From positions 7,782 to 71,781 of the forward strand of contig JAFTSW010000053.1 in assembly GCA_017467085.1 (NCBI GenBank): DNA of 64,000 nucleotides. Reading direction: 5' to 3'. A program made the translations under genes and the position numbers. A model generated the notes under the pieces. It had not been told where the DNA came from. It ran no database searches and saw only the letters and a program-made list of their open reading frames with translations. Of this stretch, positions 62,125-64,000 are shown piece by piece; positions within the stretch are counted from its first letter, which is position 1; each line of letters begins with the position of its first letter. The stretch comes from Clostridia bacterium. Its GTDB lineage: Bacteria > Bacillota > Clostridia > Oscillospirales > CAG-272.

Positions 62125-62769
62125 ATGTCTATTATGAAAGTTGTGGACATGTCCGGTAAGGAAGTTGGCGAGATTGAGCTGTCCGACGCAGTTTTTGGCG
62201 TAACCGTCAATGAAACTGTCCTCCATACCGCTGTCAGAGCATATTTGATGAACCAAAGACAAGGCACCCAGTCCACCCTGACTCGTACCGAGGTTTCCGG
62301 CGGCGGCAAGAAGCCCTGGAAGCAAAAGGGAACGGGCCACGCAAGACAGGGCTCTACCCGCGCTCCTCAGTGGACGCACGGCGGCGTAGCGCTGGGTCCC
62401 AAGCCCCGCAGCTATCGCATCAGCCTGAACAGAAAGACCAAGAAGGTCGCTATGCTCAGCGCCCTCAGCAGCAAGGTTGCCGCAAACGAGATGATTGTTG
62501 TGGACAAGATTGCTACCGAGAGCTACAGCACCAAGACCATGGTTAGCATGCTGAAGGCTATCGGCGCCTCCAAGAAGACGCTGATTGTTCTGCCCGGAAT
62601 CGAGGAGGCTAAGCTTGACAACGCAAAGGTCGTAAAGAGCTGCGACAACATCGCGGGCGTTAAGACCACCGTCAGCAACTCCTTGAACGTGTACGATATC
62701 CTGAACTGCGATACGTTCGTTGTGGCGCAGGGCGCAGTTGAAAAGATTCAGGAGGTATACGCGAAATGA
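62125..62769 (+). CDS. rplD: 50S ribosomal protein L4
   Basis: GGGKKPWKQKGTGHARQGSTRAPQW motif. Confidence 0.95.
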   Translation: MSIMKVVDMSGKEVGEIELSDAVFGVTVNETVLHTAVRAYLMNQRQGTQSTLTRTEVSGGGKKPWKQKGTGHARQGSTRAPQWTHGGVALGPKPRSYRISLNRKTKKVAMLSALSSKVAANEMIVVDKIATESYSTKTMVSMLKAIGASKKTLIVLPGIEEAKLDNAKVVKSCDNIAGVKTTVSNSLNVYDILNCDTFVVAQGAVEKIQEVYAK

Positions 62770-63062
62770 GAAACGCAGCAGATTTGATTTTGAAGCCCAT
62801 CATCACCGAGAAATCGATGGATATGATTGCTTCTAAGCGTTACGCATTCAAGGTTGCCAAGGACGCAACCAAGGCCGAAATCGCACACGCGGTTGAGGAA
62901 ATGTTTGCAGGCGTTAAGGTTGCAGACGTAAACACCATTACTATGAAGAAGAAGCCCAAGAGACTTGGCGCTCATATGGGCTACACCGGCGAGTGGAAGA
63001 AAGCGATTGTGACTCTGACGGAAGATTCCAAGAGCATTGCCTTCTTCGACGGCTTGAACTAA
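62766..63062 (+). CDS. rplW: 50S ribosomal protein L23
   Basis: ILKPIITEKS... 98 aa. ATGA overlap with rplD. Confidence 0.93.
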   Translation: MRNAADLILKPIITEKSMDMIASKRYAFKVAKDATKAEIAHAVEEMFAGVKVADVNTITMKKKPKRLGAHMGYTGEWKKAIVTLTEDSKSIAFFDGLN

Positions 63063-63080
63063 TCGGGAGGATAGAAGAGA

Positions 63081-63908
63081 ATGCCTACCATGAATTATAA
63101 GCCTACAACTCCTTCCCGCAGAAATATGACGACTCCCTCTTTTGACGAGGTTACCAAAAGCACCCCCGAAAAAAGCCTGGTAGTCACCAAGAAGAAGCAT
63201 GCGGGACGCAACAGTTACGGCAGAATCACCGTTCGTCATCAGGGCGGCGGCAACAAAATCAAGTACAGAATCATCGACTTCAAGCGCCAGGATGAGGGTG
63301 CTGCAAAGGTTATCGGCGTTGAGTACGACCCTAACCGCACCGCCTACATTGCATTGCTTGAAAACGAGAACGGCAAGAAGAGCTACGTGATTTCTCCCGT
63401 TGGTCTGACCGACGGCGACGTGGTTTACTCCGGCGAGACCGCCGACATTAAGCCCGGTAACACGCTGCCCATCTCCGCTATTCCCGTTGGTACCGTTATT
63501 TACAACATCGAGCTTTACCCCGGCAAGGGTGCCCAGCTCGTCCGTTCCGCAGGCGCAGCTGCTCAGCTGATGGCTAAGGAGAACGGCACGGCACAGGTTC
63601 GTCTGCCCTCCGGTGAGGTTCGCATCGTTCGTCTGGACTGCAAGGCAACCATCGGACAGGTCAGCAACGTTGAGCATGACACTATCAAAATCGGTAAGGC
63701 CGGTAAGAAGCGTCATATGGGCATCCGCCCCACCGTTCGCGGCTCTGTTATGAACCCTGTAGACCATCCTCACGGCGGCGGCGAGGGCCGTGCGCCCATC
63801 GGTCATGCCGGACCGCTTACTCCTTGGGGCAAGCCGGCTCTCGGTTATAAGACCAGAAGCAAAAAGGCGAGAACGAATAAATTTATCGTGAAGCGCCGCG
63901 GCAACTGA
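63081..63908 (+). CDS. rplB: 50S ribosomal protein L2
   Basis: [16 protein letters not shown] and [13 protein letters not shown] motifs. Confidence 0.95.
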   Translation: MPTMNYKPTTPSRRNMTTPSFDEVTKSTPEKSLVVTKKKHAGRNSYGRITVRHQGGGNKIKYRIIDFKRQDEGAAKVIGVEYDPNRTAYIALLENENGKKSYVISPVGLTDGDVVYSGETADIKPGNTLPISAIPVGTVIYNIELYPGKGAQLVRSAGAAAQLMAKENGTAQVRLPSGEVRIVRLDCKATIGQVSNVEHDTIKIGKAGKKRHMGIRPTVRGSVMNPVDHPHGGGEGRAPIGHAGPLTPWGKPALGYKTRSKKARTNKFIVKRRGN

Positions 63909-63923
63909 TAAGGAGGAAGAGCA

Positions 63924-64000
63924 ATGAGCAGAAGTTTGAAAAAGCCCCCCTTCGTGGAAGCCAAGCTGTATAACAGAATCGTGGCTATGAACGAAAAGGG
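63924..64000 (+). CDS. rpsS: 30S ribosomal protein S19 (N-terminal part, cut by the window edge)
   Basis: ATG at 63924 behind AAGGAGGAA. Reads MSRSLKKPPFVEAKLYNRIVAMNEK. Not in the ORF track because it has no stop in the window. Confidence 0.9.
   Translation, partial: MSRSLKKPPFVEAKLYNRIVAMNEK

Overview
This is a 64 kb chromosomal window from a moderately GC-rich Firmicute. The gene order looks Clostridia-like, with TTGACA/TATAAT-type promoters and GGAGG ribosome-binding sites; the taxon is inference only.

Left to right the window contains:
- a minus-strand pyrimidine operon (pyrC-carB-pyrK-pyrD-pyrF-pyrE-pyrB, with no carA);
- copA-copZ and an orphan XRE/S24 repressor;
- two secreted or anchored surface proteins, an aminotransferase, an MFS transporter and a lipoprotein;
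- trkA-trkH;
- a DeoR-linked ketose-bisphosphate aldolase / SorE-like dehydrogenase pair beside an orphan eutH;
- a long run of ROK / NagA / NagB / oxidoreductase amino-sugar genes, interspersed with XRE-HTH and small membrane proteins;
- a visibly AT-richer cassette of about 5 kb (43.2-48.0 kb) that abuts a tRNA-Leu(CAG) gene and a 1.2 kb non-coding tract dense in repeats and hairpins;
- housekeeping genes: a BNR protein, a metallophosphoesterase, a RluA-type pseudouridine synthase, hom, a P2-type ATPase behind a candidate Mn2+ riboswitch, polA, a membrane protein, and the start of the S10 ribosomal protein operon.

The most interesting element is the AT-rich cassette. It encodes an RHH protein, a Zn-ribbon/TPR/TIR/TM/extracellular-repeat protein with Toll-like-receptor topology, an SPFH protein with a double Zn-ribbon, and two small membrane proteins. 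None of the partner genes that define the TIR defence systems I know is present. I treat it as a candidate uncharacterised TIR-based defence or membrane-signalling module.

All functional calls come from reading motifs in the translations. No database search, folding or statistics could be run.
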